64,000 bases of DNA from Trichoplax sp. H2 (lineage: Eukaryota): assembly GCA_003344405.1 (NCBI GenBank), contig NOWV01000109.1, positions 124,001 through 188,000 on the forward strand, read 5' to 3'. Below, in pieces: positions 24,105-38,200 of this stretch (its first letter is position 1; each line of letters opens with the position of its first letter). The position numbers and the translations under genes are program-made. Under the pieces are notes generated by a model. The model was not told the origin of the DNA. It did not search any database and saw only the letters and a program-made list of their open reading frames with translations.

Positions 24105-24149
24105 TACCCTGCTATAGACACCCTGCTATCGACACCCTGCTATAGACAC
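24105..24149. repeat. Minisatellite, 3 x 14 bp (accctgctat[a/c]gac)
   Basis: Directly visible: taccctgctatagacaccctgctatcgacaccctgctatagacac. Confidence 0.9.
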
Positions 24150-24988
24150 ATATATATTATAAATTTATATTTATATTTATTTACTTATAAATTTAATCAC
24201 ATTGTATATTATTCGACAATTGCACTTTACTATATATATACTTGTCAACTATGCCTTTTATAGAAAAATCCCTTCCGCATATTATGAATAGTATGTAAAT
24301 ATGCCATTTTATCACATTAGTCATAATCTACGATTATTTTATTAGACAACCGATGTTCTATCACGCAGTTCTGTACAGCATACGCTCTATATAACTATAC
24401 TTTCAAAACGTGCAACGATTGTAATTAGCTAAAGTCATAAGAAATTTGCAGTAGAGAATTTTTCTAACCTCTGTATTGCAGTAGATTGAGATTGATCTGC
24501 AAAATTAATATCATAACCTCAATTGAAACTAAGATAATTAACAATGAAAGCTTGTTCTCGGAGATTTCGATTTGATTAAATTTGATTAAAAAACCTATCG
24601 CGGTCTTGGAACTATTACAAAAACAGGCAATGCTCCACTTGCGGCAACAGTACATGTTTTTAAATAGAATAATTCACCGTGCAAATGACAACCTTGGAGA
24701 TGATTATAAGCAACTGGTAGAGGAGAGAAATTTCAACTAAACTGATATTTATTATACTACACGTATATTTAGAGATAGATCTGATTTTCTAAGTATAAAG
24801 ACATTATATTGAATATTTCTTAAAAGATTTCAATCATTTTACTAAAGTAATACCTGCAGTTATCCAGAATCACGCCAAATATTAGTAATATTGCTTTGGT
24901 TACTTGAATTTATAAATTCCTACTGTCATCATGTTATAGTATAGAATACCATAATATAAAGTTAACCTTAATCATTACGACCCAAAAT

Positions 24989-27900
24989 CTACATTAAATC
25001 AATTCTAGTTGTTGATACTTTCAAGATTTCATGGCAACGGTTTGTTGCAGATTCAGTGAAGTCTTTAAGCTCATCCAGAGTCTGACACAATCCAAGAATT
25101 GCCATTAGTCATTTCTTTCTACGTTAAAGTAAATTAATTAATTTTTAAAATCGAGCTTGTCATCATAGCATACCTGTTTCTTGAATTTTTCATCTTCAAT
25201 TGATTTCAAATGAATTAATACATTATAATAAGCTCCCCATATTGCAGCTTCTAAGCTACGACATCCGGTCTATTAAATTAATTTTAAAATCAGTATTTTA
25301 CATTAGTAATTCATATCAGTATTTAGGTATTCATAATTGTACACTAATAATTTATTATAAATCAGATTCTACATAGAACTCAAATATAAACTCGCAAATA
25401 ATACAGCATAGTCGTGTCACGCAGTGATGTCCGTGAAGCTATATTGATTTTGTTAATAATTAAATGATTGTTTACCAGCATTAATTAGTTATCTGGTGCT
25501 TTAAGAATTGTAATAAGTAATGAAGTGTTAATTGCAATTAGAGCCTACAATGTTGTGAAATGGTATTATCGTGCTTATGTGTCACATCATTAGCCGTTGT
25601 TAATTAATTAATTGCAATTAAGGTTGTTTACAAATATTAACCTATAGTGAACTATATAATTTATTGGTAAATAATTTCTCATACTAATGTATGTAAATCT
25701 CGTATAGCGATATTACATCATTGTTTATATGTGTACCACTTATCAGCGCCGAAAACTATAAAAAGCCTAAGCAGCTCTGCTGGTAATCAGTTAGTTCCTC
25801 AGCTCTTGTTGTATAAACAGGTATCTGCTTTACCTTAATAAACTTAATGTACAATTTTTATTAGAGTAACTTGTGTGGTTGTATCTTAGAATAGATCTCC
25901 ATCACTACGAAAGAGGTATACTTATTCTAGTAGAATTGTATCGTTCGCAGTGTTACTCAAACAGTAATGAGAAGAATACCGCGACAAATCGGCTTCTTAC
26001 TACTCTACGAACCTGGACGTTGGAAATAAATCCAATATCACAGTAATGAGCTAGTTCTAGAAATGGTGTCCAACACTTTTGGCAAGTTTTCATCATGATT
26101 AAAGGCACTTCTATGGCTCCTTTTAGCTCCTTTTGCTCTGCCGCTTTTTGCCTATAGTATAATTATAGATTCAGTAGTAATTAATCTAATACAAATTGAC
26201 TTAATAGTATTTCGCTATACAGTAGATAGCTTCATTAAACCTTACTTTTCTTTCTCCTCTTCTGTTAAAGCTGGTAACTTCGAGACGGCCTAGATTTGTA
26301 ATATAATAGCAGTATATTTATTCATCTATATATGGTAAGCGATAAATTAATGTATAATTAATTCAACAACAGCGTACTCTATAACTATTGAATGCATCTT
26401 CATATTTGTCAACTAGTGGCAAAATGTCTTTATAAGCTTGGTTAAATTGAGCAATGATAGGTTTTATGGTAGATTCTAAAGATTCAAATCGTTTATTCCC
26501 GTAGCTAAGCAATCCACCCATACACCCGAGCGATGCACCCTACATGATATAGAAAATATTAGATAGTGGGATTAGAAATAGATCCACTATGATAATCTTA
26601 TCAAAATATATTTCAGAAACTGATTGCATAACACTTTAAAATTTTATAACTAGATTGTTTATACTATTGGTATCTAAAGTTGATATTAATACATTATAGC
26701 TTACAATAGCTCCGATTGCAGCAGATGCTGAGCCACTTCCTGGTGATAACGTTCTGCTACCAATACTAGTAATAAACTTATTTAAACTCGTCGATACTAA
26801 AGGACCAGCGGCATTAAGATTTGTTTTATATCTTTTAAATAAGAATAAGATAGAAATAACGGTTTCCATCATTAGTAAATTCAAAAAGAAAAGAAAGATG
26901 TCATAGGAATATTTGCTTGTACTATATTTTAATGTGTCTACATTACTCGATAATTTTCTCGCTTGGATCAAAATGATTGATAGAATTGAGTCCCAAACGA
27001 TTAATTACCTTGACAAATAATGATAAAATGTGTTTCAATTTAGTATTGTATTTGATAATAAACATGCATAATGATTAGGGACTATAATGCAATCTTATAA
27101 TTTGTAAACGACCTAAATGGTCTTCTATTGAGTTGAACGTAATTACTAATCTAATCTTTTGATCTTCATTCAGAATAAAAAGATTTTCCTTTTCGATATA
27201 ATATTCAGCGGCCTTTAGCATTGCTTCTAAAGGTAGCACCCCAACAATTTCAGAACCAGTAACGGGTAAATTCAGCTCCTATTAATCGATTTAATGTCAA
27301 TATGAAATTTATTCGTCAATACGAAGAATAAATATACATCACAACACAACAGAATTTCATCTATTTCATCTGTTATTGTTATTATATCGATAAACTGTAA
27401 AGCGAAATTTGCTAAAGTACAGTTATTTCTAGAAAATAGCACTTCTAAGATAATTATAGATGCTTTACTACAAACTACCCTAATTTTTATAATATTTCTA
27501 TAATGCATTTTCTTGACTACTGTACCTTCGCATCCTTCAATACTTCTTCGAAGACAATATGCATCGGAGATGTGCGAAAATCATATAAATTGAAAGATGC
27601 TTGAGCTATATTATGATCTTCTAGATACCATCCTATTCCATGCACTTTCTTCATTCGACCCGGCTTTCATTTGTAATATCAACCATTGATGAATATTATG
27701 ACAGGTTATGCTGATAGTTGTTGAAGTATATCAAAAAACGATTTACCTGAGTTGGACCGCGGCCTCTTTCACGTATATTGGATGCAATGCGGTGTGCCTG
27801 CTCTTTTGTTCCAATCAAATTGACATTATAAGCAATCAAGTAAAAATCGCGAGCACCTATTAGAGTTGCACCCCATTTGGGAACAAATTTAGCTGGTCCA

Positions 27901-30900
27901 TAATCAGGTCCCCAGCGAGGATCTTTCAGCTGTTACAAATTTTAATAAATAAAAACAAGGAGAATTCAATTCTACAGCTGACTGCAATGTTTTTAAATTG
28001 TATTCTAGCCTATATTTAACATAAACGATCTATGCTACTCTTAAATATAGATATCTCTACAGTCTTATCTCTTGAAAATCAAAAATATCAAGTCATGTTT
28101 AGTTATTTGTAATACTTTCAGTCTGGGCTATTTTCTATAATTATTCGCTATGATATAGACTATTGCGGTATACGCATATGTTATATCTGATTCTCCAATC
28201 TTGTTCTCTGCATGTGTTCTGTCTTTAAAAATAATATCGATACTAACGAATTTCTGCCTTAGATTCAGTAAGTTGCAATGTTCACACGGTATATATATTA
28301 GTGACTTATTGCATCAGTAAATAATTATGCCAGATAGTATTTACATGTTAAAGAATAGTTTTATTGATTTTAGTACTGAGAATATATCGTATAGGGTTAT
28401 AGTATCAGAACAGTGTGATGTATAGTAGCAGGAAAGCTATGGTAAAGTATCTGCCCACTCTATATTTGTTATCACACGAAAGGTACTACTTTCCACTATC
28501 GTGAACTGTAATATTACTATTGCTATAGCTTAACAACGATGTAATATATAATTACAGTTTAGTAAAATATCAAGCTATTTCTGCTTTACTACTAGAGGCG
28601 TCAGTTTTTACTATATCGAAAGAAGTATTACCATTTCTACATTATATTTATCCCTATTACATATATATGTTATTATTAGTTATATTACACAATATCAAGC
28701 TCCTAGACTTGCTTATGTTATTTAATACTTACACTTTTACTTATGTAATTATTCGTTAACAAGACGTATAATAAAAGTAATGTTAGTATTCGATAGGGCT
28801 ATTCTTAATTAATAGAGCTATTTTATCTTACTAGATAGATGACGCAGAAATAAGAGCAGTAATGGTTTATGGAAAAATTTGCATGTAATATGATAATCGC
28901 CCGACTAGATCATATATGCAAATCTTCAGTAGTACACTCTCAGAAGTAGCTTAAGATTAAGACGTTAAGATTATGCAACTATCTCTTTATGCATGATATT
29001 TATGGTACGTAATGTGGCTATTCATTGTGATGCTTATAAACTTAAGTTGGTAACCTTTTATATATATATGTGTATATAATTTATAGATTCTGTTATAATA
29101 AGTTGGACAGTTTTTAAACAGTTATACCGAAGGTAGATAGTCGTAGGCAATCTGGGTAGGCAAAGGAAATTATATAACAGTCATATAATAAATTGAAATT
29201 ATACAAGAAGTTAAAGTTCTTGCAGTAATACTTTAGAGATACTTTATCGCATACATTGAATAGCGATATTGTATCGTGCAATATTGCACCGTAATTTTCT
29301 AGTGTGCGTATACTTGGAAATTATGCAAGTACTTATATGTATAACTAATGGATATAAATCTCAAGGTTATGAACAACAAATTATTTATTGCTTCTTAACA
29401 GTCATTTCATCAATATCAACGAGAATGATTGCTATTTTTTTTAATAAAAGCTGTCTATTAATTGAAAGCATAAATATATTAATTTGTAATCCATAAAATA
29501 TCATACCTTTTGCTCTAAACCTTCATATTCACCAGCACGTATCTGAGGGATAAGATTTCGGTACTCACGTGTTTGTCCAAAACCATACCTAAATACTTAA
29601 AGGTAGAATGCGATTAACGTAATTAGTCATAGCTATTTTTGTTTACATCTTTTGAATTGAAGAGCTTACAACGATCTATAGACAAGATAATTAATCTACA
29701 GTATAAACTGCATATACTCGTATGTATATTATGGGCTATCGATAATGTTATTGACTATAGAATTAGAATTGCTAGACTAAACATCATCTCAAGAGATTTT
29801 AATTGAAATATTGAAGATTTGTGCATAATTTAAAACAATGCCATAACTACTTTTTATTATACAAATTATATCTCACTAAGCAACAACACTCATCTGTTGC
29901 ATTATAGAGCTAATTGCAGTAAATAAAAACAAACTATTACTGCAATGGTATTAATTTATTAGCAGCTATTTTACATCATACTTGGTACATCCAATGTCTC
30001 CGCTAGTAATTTTGAAAACTCATCGGCACATTGGACACATAAATCGATATCAGCGTTTCTTATTGGAGCAAATGGGCAAACATCCATGGCGCCAATACGA
30101 GGATGCTCTCCTTCATATTGAATGGAAAAAGAGTAAAGTAATTAAAAAACTAATGTCTCTCAAGGTGATTTATTTGGAAATTAATTTGGACGAATTAACT
30201 AGTTAACTTCTGTTATAACCGTCAATAACGAATAATATTAGTAATAGCAATTTAGTTTGTTCATGTTAGTTAAAGTAGCTGTGGTAAAGTAAATTTATCG
30301 CAAAGGCCTAGCTATTTATCATAAAAGCCATAGTGTTGATGACTCTCATTTTATTGCGTAAAATAATCTTAGATTAGTTTAATATTTTAGTAGTAAATTG
30401 GAAAGAAGTTCCGATATTCATTGCTCTTATTGTTCCTGATTGATTTCATTTTATATAATCCTTTAATTGCGTGCCAATGTATAATACACGACACATGAAT
30501 TTAATACTAATTTAGATTCGATTCAGTGGGGATTGGCACGCTGTGAATAAAAAGGATGCAAATCTGGGTGTTGTAAATAGTGTTAGATATTACGATATAT
30601 GTTATATTAGCTATTAGATAGAGCGTTAAGTATATGATTAGAATATCATCTATTTGAGTACTTATAATATGATGACTTGTATGTAGTCTTGTAATACCGT
30701 ACATGATTATATTTCAAAAGGCGGACTGATAATTTATTACATATATGTATATGTTGTAAAGTAAACGATAGCTATGATAGTTAGTAATTAGATGTATGTG
30801 TAAAATGCTACGACGCAAAAGGCAAAAGGTGTAAACTGGAATATCTATAAATACTTAGCATTTTTAATAATCAGGTTAGTTACAAATCTTACTCGCAGAG

Positions 30901-32547
30901 TAGAACTCATTGCTTAAAAACATAACACTGGGGATACTGTGCAATATGCATAGTTTGATTTTCAGTATCGTACAAATTTGTGTCAAGTGATTTTGATTTG
31001 TACACAGTATAGCAAGTGTTTAGTAATTTTGTAAAATGATTAATTAATACTAGTAGTAGGATTTTTGAATAAATGCGGTAACATCATTACTATAAGATTA
31101 GGCAAATGTGGTACATGGACTGCTTGAGGACGGACTGTTACCAGTTCAATCGCTATCAAATCATGAGAGAATATTAAGAACAATAAGGGAAACCCCACCC
31201 CTGCCGCTCATATCTCTAATGGCTGTTTATCATATTGACTTGTTTATGATGATGACGTACATTTACACAAAGCTTTGTACTTCAACTTGGGCGATTTAAG
31301 CTACTAGACTACGGATTTTCCTTTGCGAGAGAGAGATTAAAAACAGCGAAACAGATGGCGCTGGCACTAAAACGGTTTAAAATTAATATACTACAGAACC
31401 GTTAATTAATTCTTATTAAATCACTTTAAGACTCCAGTATAATTATTCTATTATTTGTATAAAGATCGGCGGTAAAAATGAATGCTAAACTAGTACAATA
31501 CTCTAGCATAAAGAGTTACATTAACAGAGCTTTCAAGTAGAGTCACAGTACCTATTCTTATATCGTACTTGATTAAAATAATTAGATCCTATACAGAACT
31601 TAGATATATACTGTATTTCTTAAACAAGCAATAAGGTAATCAATTACTGCATTGATTAGATCGGAAACTGATCTATAAAGTCACCATCAATCAATAGTAA
31701 ACGGATAATTTTGAGTTAGAGATACGTAATATACAACATACAAAATCAACAGTTTATTGTCAGCATTTCAATAAGATCATCATCTTCGCTATCTTTGTCT
31801 GATTTATGTATTTTTATCTGATATCATCTATAAAAGCCTAATTCTAATCACTATAATAGCAACATACGATAAAATACATGTAAGCTATGGGTTAGCGGCG
31901 ACTAAGGTTTTATTCTTTTCAATTCTTTTAGCAAATTTATTATTGAGATAGTTGAAATCTAATATGAGTAAAAAGCGCCTAAACTCCAATTTCTATATAG
32001 TACTATAAAAGTATTATCTGACCGTAATTAATGTATTGCCTTTGATATCTTTTACTTTTACATTTGGTAAATTAATCGTCGACATACTTTGACTTTACTT
32101 AATTGCCTCAAACTCTTTATTACTACCAATCAAATCTATAAAGTGACGTGAAATTTTTACGCCTTACAGTTAAGAAAATCGCAAAACTCTGATTTGATAA
32201 TTGTTATTCATAACCTTAAATCGGAGATAGCTTTCTACCTTTTATATTTTATTTACTTCAAAGATTAATGACCGTAAATTAAAGTTTTTACCTTTATGTT
32301 TGACCATATCAATGAATTCATGTGCTTGTAGAGCAGCATTCAAGGCCCCCTGTATAACGCTAGAAGGCGATCCTACAAATGTAAATACTGATCGATTTGT
32401 GCTTGGAGATGAGTTGAAATCGAGTAATGTGCATCCATCGGTATTTGTAATTGCATTAGCAATAGCATGGATAATTTTTTGATCTTTCCCTTCAGAGAAA
32501 TTTGGATCGCTTAACAATATTGCGCTTTCGTCGAACATCATGTCCAT
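24989..32547 (-). CDS. FTCD: Formimidoyltransferase-cyclodeaminase paralog B (intact 13-exon ORF, divergent cyclodeaminase active site)
   Basis: Start at ATG 32547, 32541 or 32538. Exon 1 ...[13 protein letters not shown]...[11 protein letters not shown]; exon 2 (~29982-30110) [13 protein letters not shown]; exon 3 IRAGEYEGL; exon 4 [20 protein letters not shown]...[65 protein letters not shown]; last exon ends TRIDLM-TAG (24989-24991). No frameshift or internal stop found. Confidence 0.92.
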
Positions 32548-34229
32548 GATCACGAATAATTGCCACAAATAGGTTATCGTCAATTTTATTTGTTGGAAAT
32601 AAAGTATATATGTAGCCTACTTCTAGTAAAAGAAAAAAATGAGATATGTAACGCCTTTACGTCTACAATAGTAATTTTCCAAGGACTTCTTAGAAATTCC
32701 CATAGAAGCACTTGAATAATCTCTCCAAATCATCTTATTGGCCATAGCAGAATGTTATTACACGTAGGCCAACTAAATACAATGAGTTTATACATTCTAC
32801 CGTGTTTGTGTACACATACATTATTCAACAGGCCGTATAAAATTAACTTATGACAGATTAATTGGTGAATGAACAATCGCATCAATACGTTATAGAAATT
32901 TACGATATTGCCCTAGGCAATCCATTCAATGATTTTGCTGTCGGTTATACACAATAATATCTCAATTTTGGGGATCTTTCGATAATATTTTTGCTTGATA
33001 ACCGTAAATTTAAAAAAATTATAGAAGTGTTTCAGTTATGAAGCACCCGTAACATGTATGACTTATAATTGGATTAAATTATCTTTATCTCACAAGCTAT
33101 CATTTCCATGACAATGCCTTCATTATTATTTTAACATAAATCATATGTATGTCCGTACTGGTCTTGGTCTGTATTGGCATCGTTATATAATTTAAAAATT
33201 ATTATACTGATATATACTCGTATGCAATGCTCTGCTATTAAAAATAATCACTATTACTATTAACATCAAATAGACAGTAAGAAATTGATCTTATTCAACC
33301 AAAATATCTTCAAGAAAATAGAGTAATTTAAATTTTAAATTTTACCACTCTAAGACGTAGCGCCTAAACTCAACCATCATCAAACATTAAAATAAAATAA
33401 AATAAAATAATGTAACGGGTTAAAACACAATGTATAGCTTTACCCTCCATCAAATCTCAAAAATAAACATAGAGTAGAACATATTAACTTCTGAGATATA
33501 TTCCTAATTCCTATTTCAGCCTCAGTACAAACTAGTAAATCAAATTAACGTTTTGAACTATACTATCTCCTTTATACTTGCTAATTGAACTTTATTGACT
33601 GTAAATTAGGGATTAAACTATCAAATTATACTTAAATTTTATATCAATAAACTAAGAAGCTGTGTATATGACAATACAAAGTTCAATCATCAGCTACTCT
33701 AGGTTCCCGTAACATTGAAGTAAAATAAATATCACAATTTCTATCGAATCTAAAGACTGCCCTAACCAATTCATCTACAGCCTACCATCCTAAAATCCAA
33801 TATTCGATAATCAGAACAAAATAGTATATCTCCTTACAAATGATACCGTATCTTGAAAACAATAATTATAAAAATTAGTCAACCTCTTGTTTAAAAATAT
33901 TTATCAAGCTTAATTAAAATTACTACTGAATCTATACAACATTAAAATAATTTTTTGTGTGTTTGTGTAGATATAATATATGCACTTTATGGTACATGGC
34001 ACCATAAATTACAGGAAATTGATCCCCATTCGCAGACATGTTTCAAACTCACATCTATTTTTAATTTCATAATTTATGGTTCTTCCAATGATGTAATCTT
34101 GTTTGACTCTAGCAAACTTTATTAAATAAAATATTGGCTAGCTGTAATTGTGGCCTCACTCTTTGAAATTCTCTTTAAAAATTTATCATCGAGATTGTTG
34201 ATATCTAATATGAGTAGAAAGTGATCAAG

Positions 34230-34393
34230 CTTTCAGAATCAGCATTAAGTGTAGATGGTCTTCGTCGACTTTAAAACGGCGAAAAACCTCCCATTCTCCG
34301 CTTAGCCATGAAAAGGTTTTAGCTTTTTATCAAAGTTCTTTCGTCGTTTTAAAGTCGACGAGGACTATCTACGTTTAATACTGATTCCGAAGG
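34230..34393. repeat. Long inverted repeat / hairpin (~57 bp arms, ~47 nt spacer) between the FTCD paralogs; MITE-like or structured RNA
   Basis: Left arm 34232-34287 ttcagaatcagcattaagtgtagatggtcttcgtcgactttaaaacggcgaaaaac. Reverse complement of the right arm (34335-34391) is ttcggaatcagtattaaacgtagatagtcctcgtcgactttaaaacgacgaaagaac. Confidence 0.9.
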
Positions 34394-35218
34394 TATGCAT
34401 AGTGTTCCCCTTACACTCTCCGTTTGGCCGCGATGGTATTACAAAAAGGTTGGCTTTTACTTTACGTTATAGATTACTATTAAGGTTTATGCGAATATTA
34501 TATTACCATGATATTACCATCCGGCGACTACTAAAGATATTACATAGTAATTGCCATGCATTGGTATGAGAAAATGTTAGTATAATACAAGTATCTGACA
34601 AAATAAGTATCTTATTCTGATGTATGTGGTTTGAAATATTGCTTGTAGCAAAGTAATAAAATCTTGTATAGTGTGCAAATCAATGTAAAGTTTATTAGGA
34701 AAACTATAACGCAACAAGATATGGTAGATTTATAGTTAATATAAATCTGTAAGCGTAAATCAGTGTATGTAATCGTAAGGTAAGACCGTATGAGCACAGA
34801 AATGGATGTAGAATGTAACAGGAGGATTAACATAAAATTATACCAGTCTTGAAGAAATACAAATTTGTTAATTATTTTTTTCTTTCAGCTATATCAAGAA
34901 TTAAAATTGTAATTACCGTCTATTACTTGCTATGGTGAAGTCACCAATAAGCAGTATAATATTTACGTATAGCAGATTGTATACGCTGTTAGGCGACCTT
35001 AATGCTAGGTATTAATAATGGACTAGATACATTCAAATTCTTAGGATACGAGTATCGATCTAATAAGCTACTACATTTCCTTTACTGATTCGTTATCCAA
35101 ATTACGATGACTCAATGATTAGTTTAAAACTGATATTAATAAGATTGGAATCGACTAAATAGTATTTAAAGTTAATTTTTTGTTTAGTTCACAGTAGTCA
35201 TTCAATACTTTGAACCTT

Positions 35219-38200
35219 TTAAGATCCACTGTCAACACTAAATTCAGTTCTAGCACCCAAAACTTTTAAGATTTGTTGACAGTTATATTGAGCCGATTCA
35301 ACTCTTGTATTTATTTCCTGTAAAGTCTAAGAGTCAATTCAGCATAAATTAATACAATTAATCGTATTACATGTAAAATGAAATTTTGATGTTATCAGCT
35401 ATAGCCGACTAAATTTAAGTTTCATTAAGAATAGCTATTATTATACCTCTTTTTTAAATTCCTCATCGGTAACTGATTTCAGATTGATTACTACATTATA
35501 ATAAGCACCCCATATCCCAGCTTCTAGGCTACGACTACCTGTCTGTAGTTAATAAATATTAAAGGTTGAGCAGAGCAATCATCAGAATTAGCTGTTAACG
35601 TAATTCCAACTACTTTCCGTCAACAAATTTAAACAAAAATTTTATGGCTTTTCTTCAAAAACGTTATTGTTAATACTCTATATTAATTACCTGAACGTCA
35701 GAAATTACCCTGACATTGCAACAGTGGGCTAATTCGAGAAATGGGTTCCAGCACTGATCGCTTATTCTCATGATTGTTAGTGGTATTTCTATAGCCTTCA
35801 AGAGTTCGGTTTGCATGGCTTTCTCTCGTCTATAGTAGTTTGGATGAAAAATGCAATTAAGTTTAAATCATTACTTCATAACATTATGGATATCAGGATT
35901 TATAACATTCTGTAAAATTATACCTATCTTTCTCTTCCTGCGTAGAACTCGGTAACTTAATAGCACCCTGATGGTAAAGTAAAGAAGGCGCATTTTAACC
36001 ACCCATTAGCAGATCTGATATTATTAACTCTCACCGACAAATAATACACCATTTCAAAATTTTTAAATATCGAAATCTTACTTACAATGTAGCCATTAAA
36101 GGCATCAGTATCTTTATCAATCAATGGTAACAGATCCTTGTATATGTCATTAAATTGAGATATCAATCGTCTCATTGTTGAATCCAAAGATTCAAATTTT
36201 TTACTTCCGTAAGTTAAAAATCCACCCATGCAACCAAGTGCTGCACCCTAACAAAACAGAATTATCATCATTTGCACCAGTTTATAGTGACTAAAGCAGC
36301 ACGTTGAAAATAAAATTTTCTTGCATTATAATCATATTATTGAAAGGGGTTTATTTAATGCTACTTACTATAGCTGCAACGGCAGCGGAAGCTGATCCTC
36401 CCCCAGGAGATGAGGTTCTACTACCGATACTAGTAATGAAGTTGCCTAAACTTCCGGATAGTAAAGGACCGGTAGTATTTTTCTTGATAATGTATCTAAA
36501 GTGGCGTTTATATAATTTGTTAACGCTCAGTGTACATATATAGGACTCGTAAGCTCTATCACAATATTAACTCAGTTTATATGTAAAAGTATAATTACTC
36601 GATAATTTTCTCTTTCGGATTGAAGCAACCAACAGAGTTGAGTCCTAAGCGTTCAATTACCTTCGTATTAAAACAATGCATTAAACAACGTTAATTAATG
36701 CATGTACCGAGTAGCAAAGAAAGAACTCATGGCAATACCATAAACGGTAAGAACCGACAATCATGGAGCAACCTTAACAATGCGAACCAATCTTACCAAT
36801 CTAATTTTTTGATCTTCATTAATTACGAAAAGATTTTCCTTTTCGATGTAATACGTAGCTGCATCTAGCATCGCTTGCAGTGGTACTAGACCGACAACTT
36901 GTGACCCAACGACAGGTAGGCTTAACTCCTAGAGTATAAGTGTTTTAGGTAAGATAGGTGTACTATGTATACAACAGGATACACATTGCATACTACCTTT
37001 ATTATCTACACTGATGACTGCTGACAATTGTATGATTATGGATTGCTTAGTGATCTCAGAAAGCTTATGCAACAGTTGCTGCTTATATTTTAATACAAGG
37101 AATCGATAACTTACTTAACAGATGCAATCAATACAGTCATATTGATGAGCTTACCTTGGCATCTTTCAGCACCTCTTCGTATACAATGTGCAGAGGGGAT
37201 TCATTACTGTCAGAAATATTGGTCGATACTTGAGCTATATTAGCTTCTTCTGTATACCAGCCTACGGCTTGTACTTTCTTCAACCGCCCAGGCTAGCAAA
37301 TAGAATATTATTATTAAAAAGGGTATTTATAAGGAAAATTTTCACTTTGCGGTATCAATTTTATTCATAACGCGATAGTAAAAATACACAAGAAAGAACC
37401 TTAAGGGGACCACGACCACTTTCTCGAATATTTAAAGCAATACGATGAGCTTGTTCTTTCGTGCTAATTAAATTGACATTATAAGCGATCAAGAAATCAC
37501 GAGCACCAACAATCGTCGCACCCCATATCGGAACAAACTCGGCCGGTCCAAAGTCAGGCTTCCAGCGTGGATCTGCCAACTATGCCAGTTTGAGAAGAGC
37601 AATTAAATATTTTGATAATTAAATTAAGTAAAGAATAAACTGTCATTCAATTGGTTACTAGGGATGCTATCATCATATTATAATCACTTTAACAATTTAT
37701 TTCATACGACGTCATATTTCTCGATGCATTTAACTTACTCTCAGACAGTCTTTACATTAAATCAGTAATCTATGATGGCATTAAAATATTATTTGATAAT
37801 GCTCGTTTATTAAGAAATACCTTTTCTTTCAAACCTTCATATTCGCCATTACGTATTTGAGGCACGGAAGATCGATAATCAGTCGAAGATGCAAAGCCGT
37901 ATAGGAATACTACAATAGAGACAAGAAAATTATTCTAATACGCGTATGTTGGAAAGAGTATACCTCATTCAAGACTCGAGCTTGATCAGAAGGCTAAATC
38001 TTTTGCAATACTGTACAAGTTATGGACAAATCCCAAAACTGGATATTGCACGAAAGGATGTATAAATCCTACGAAATTATTACCCTTACGAATATCATTC
38101 TATGCAATGGAAAGAGCTGTTTCGCGTGATATAATGTAACATCGATTTTATTGTAGTGCTCTCCATGGACTTGGTATAACTGCAATCGACTACGATTTAC

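Noticed and set aside
24989-32547. FTCD-B as a pseudogene or an assembly duplicate of FTCD-A
   Set aside because: No stops or frameshifts in 13 exons, splice sites are intact, and divergence from A is far beyond allelic.
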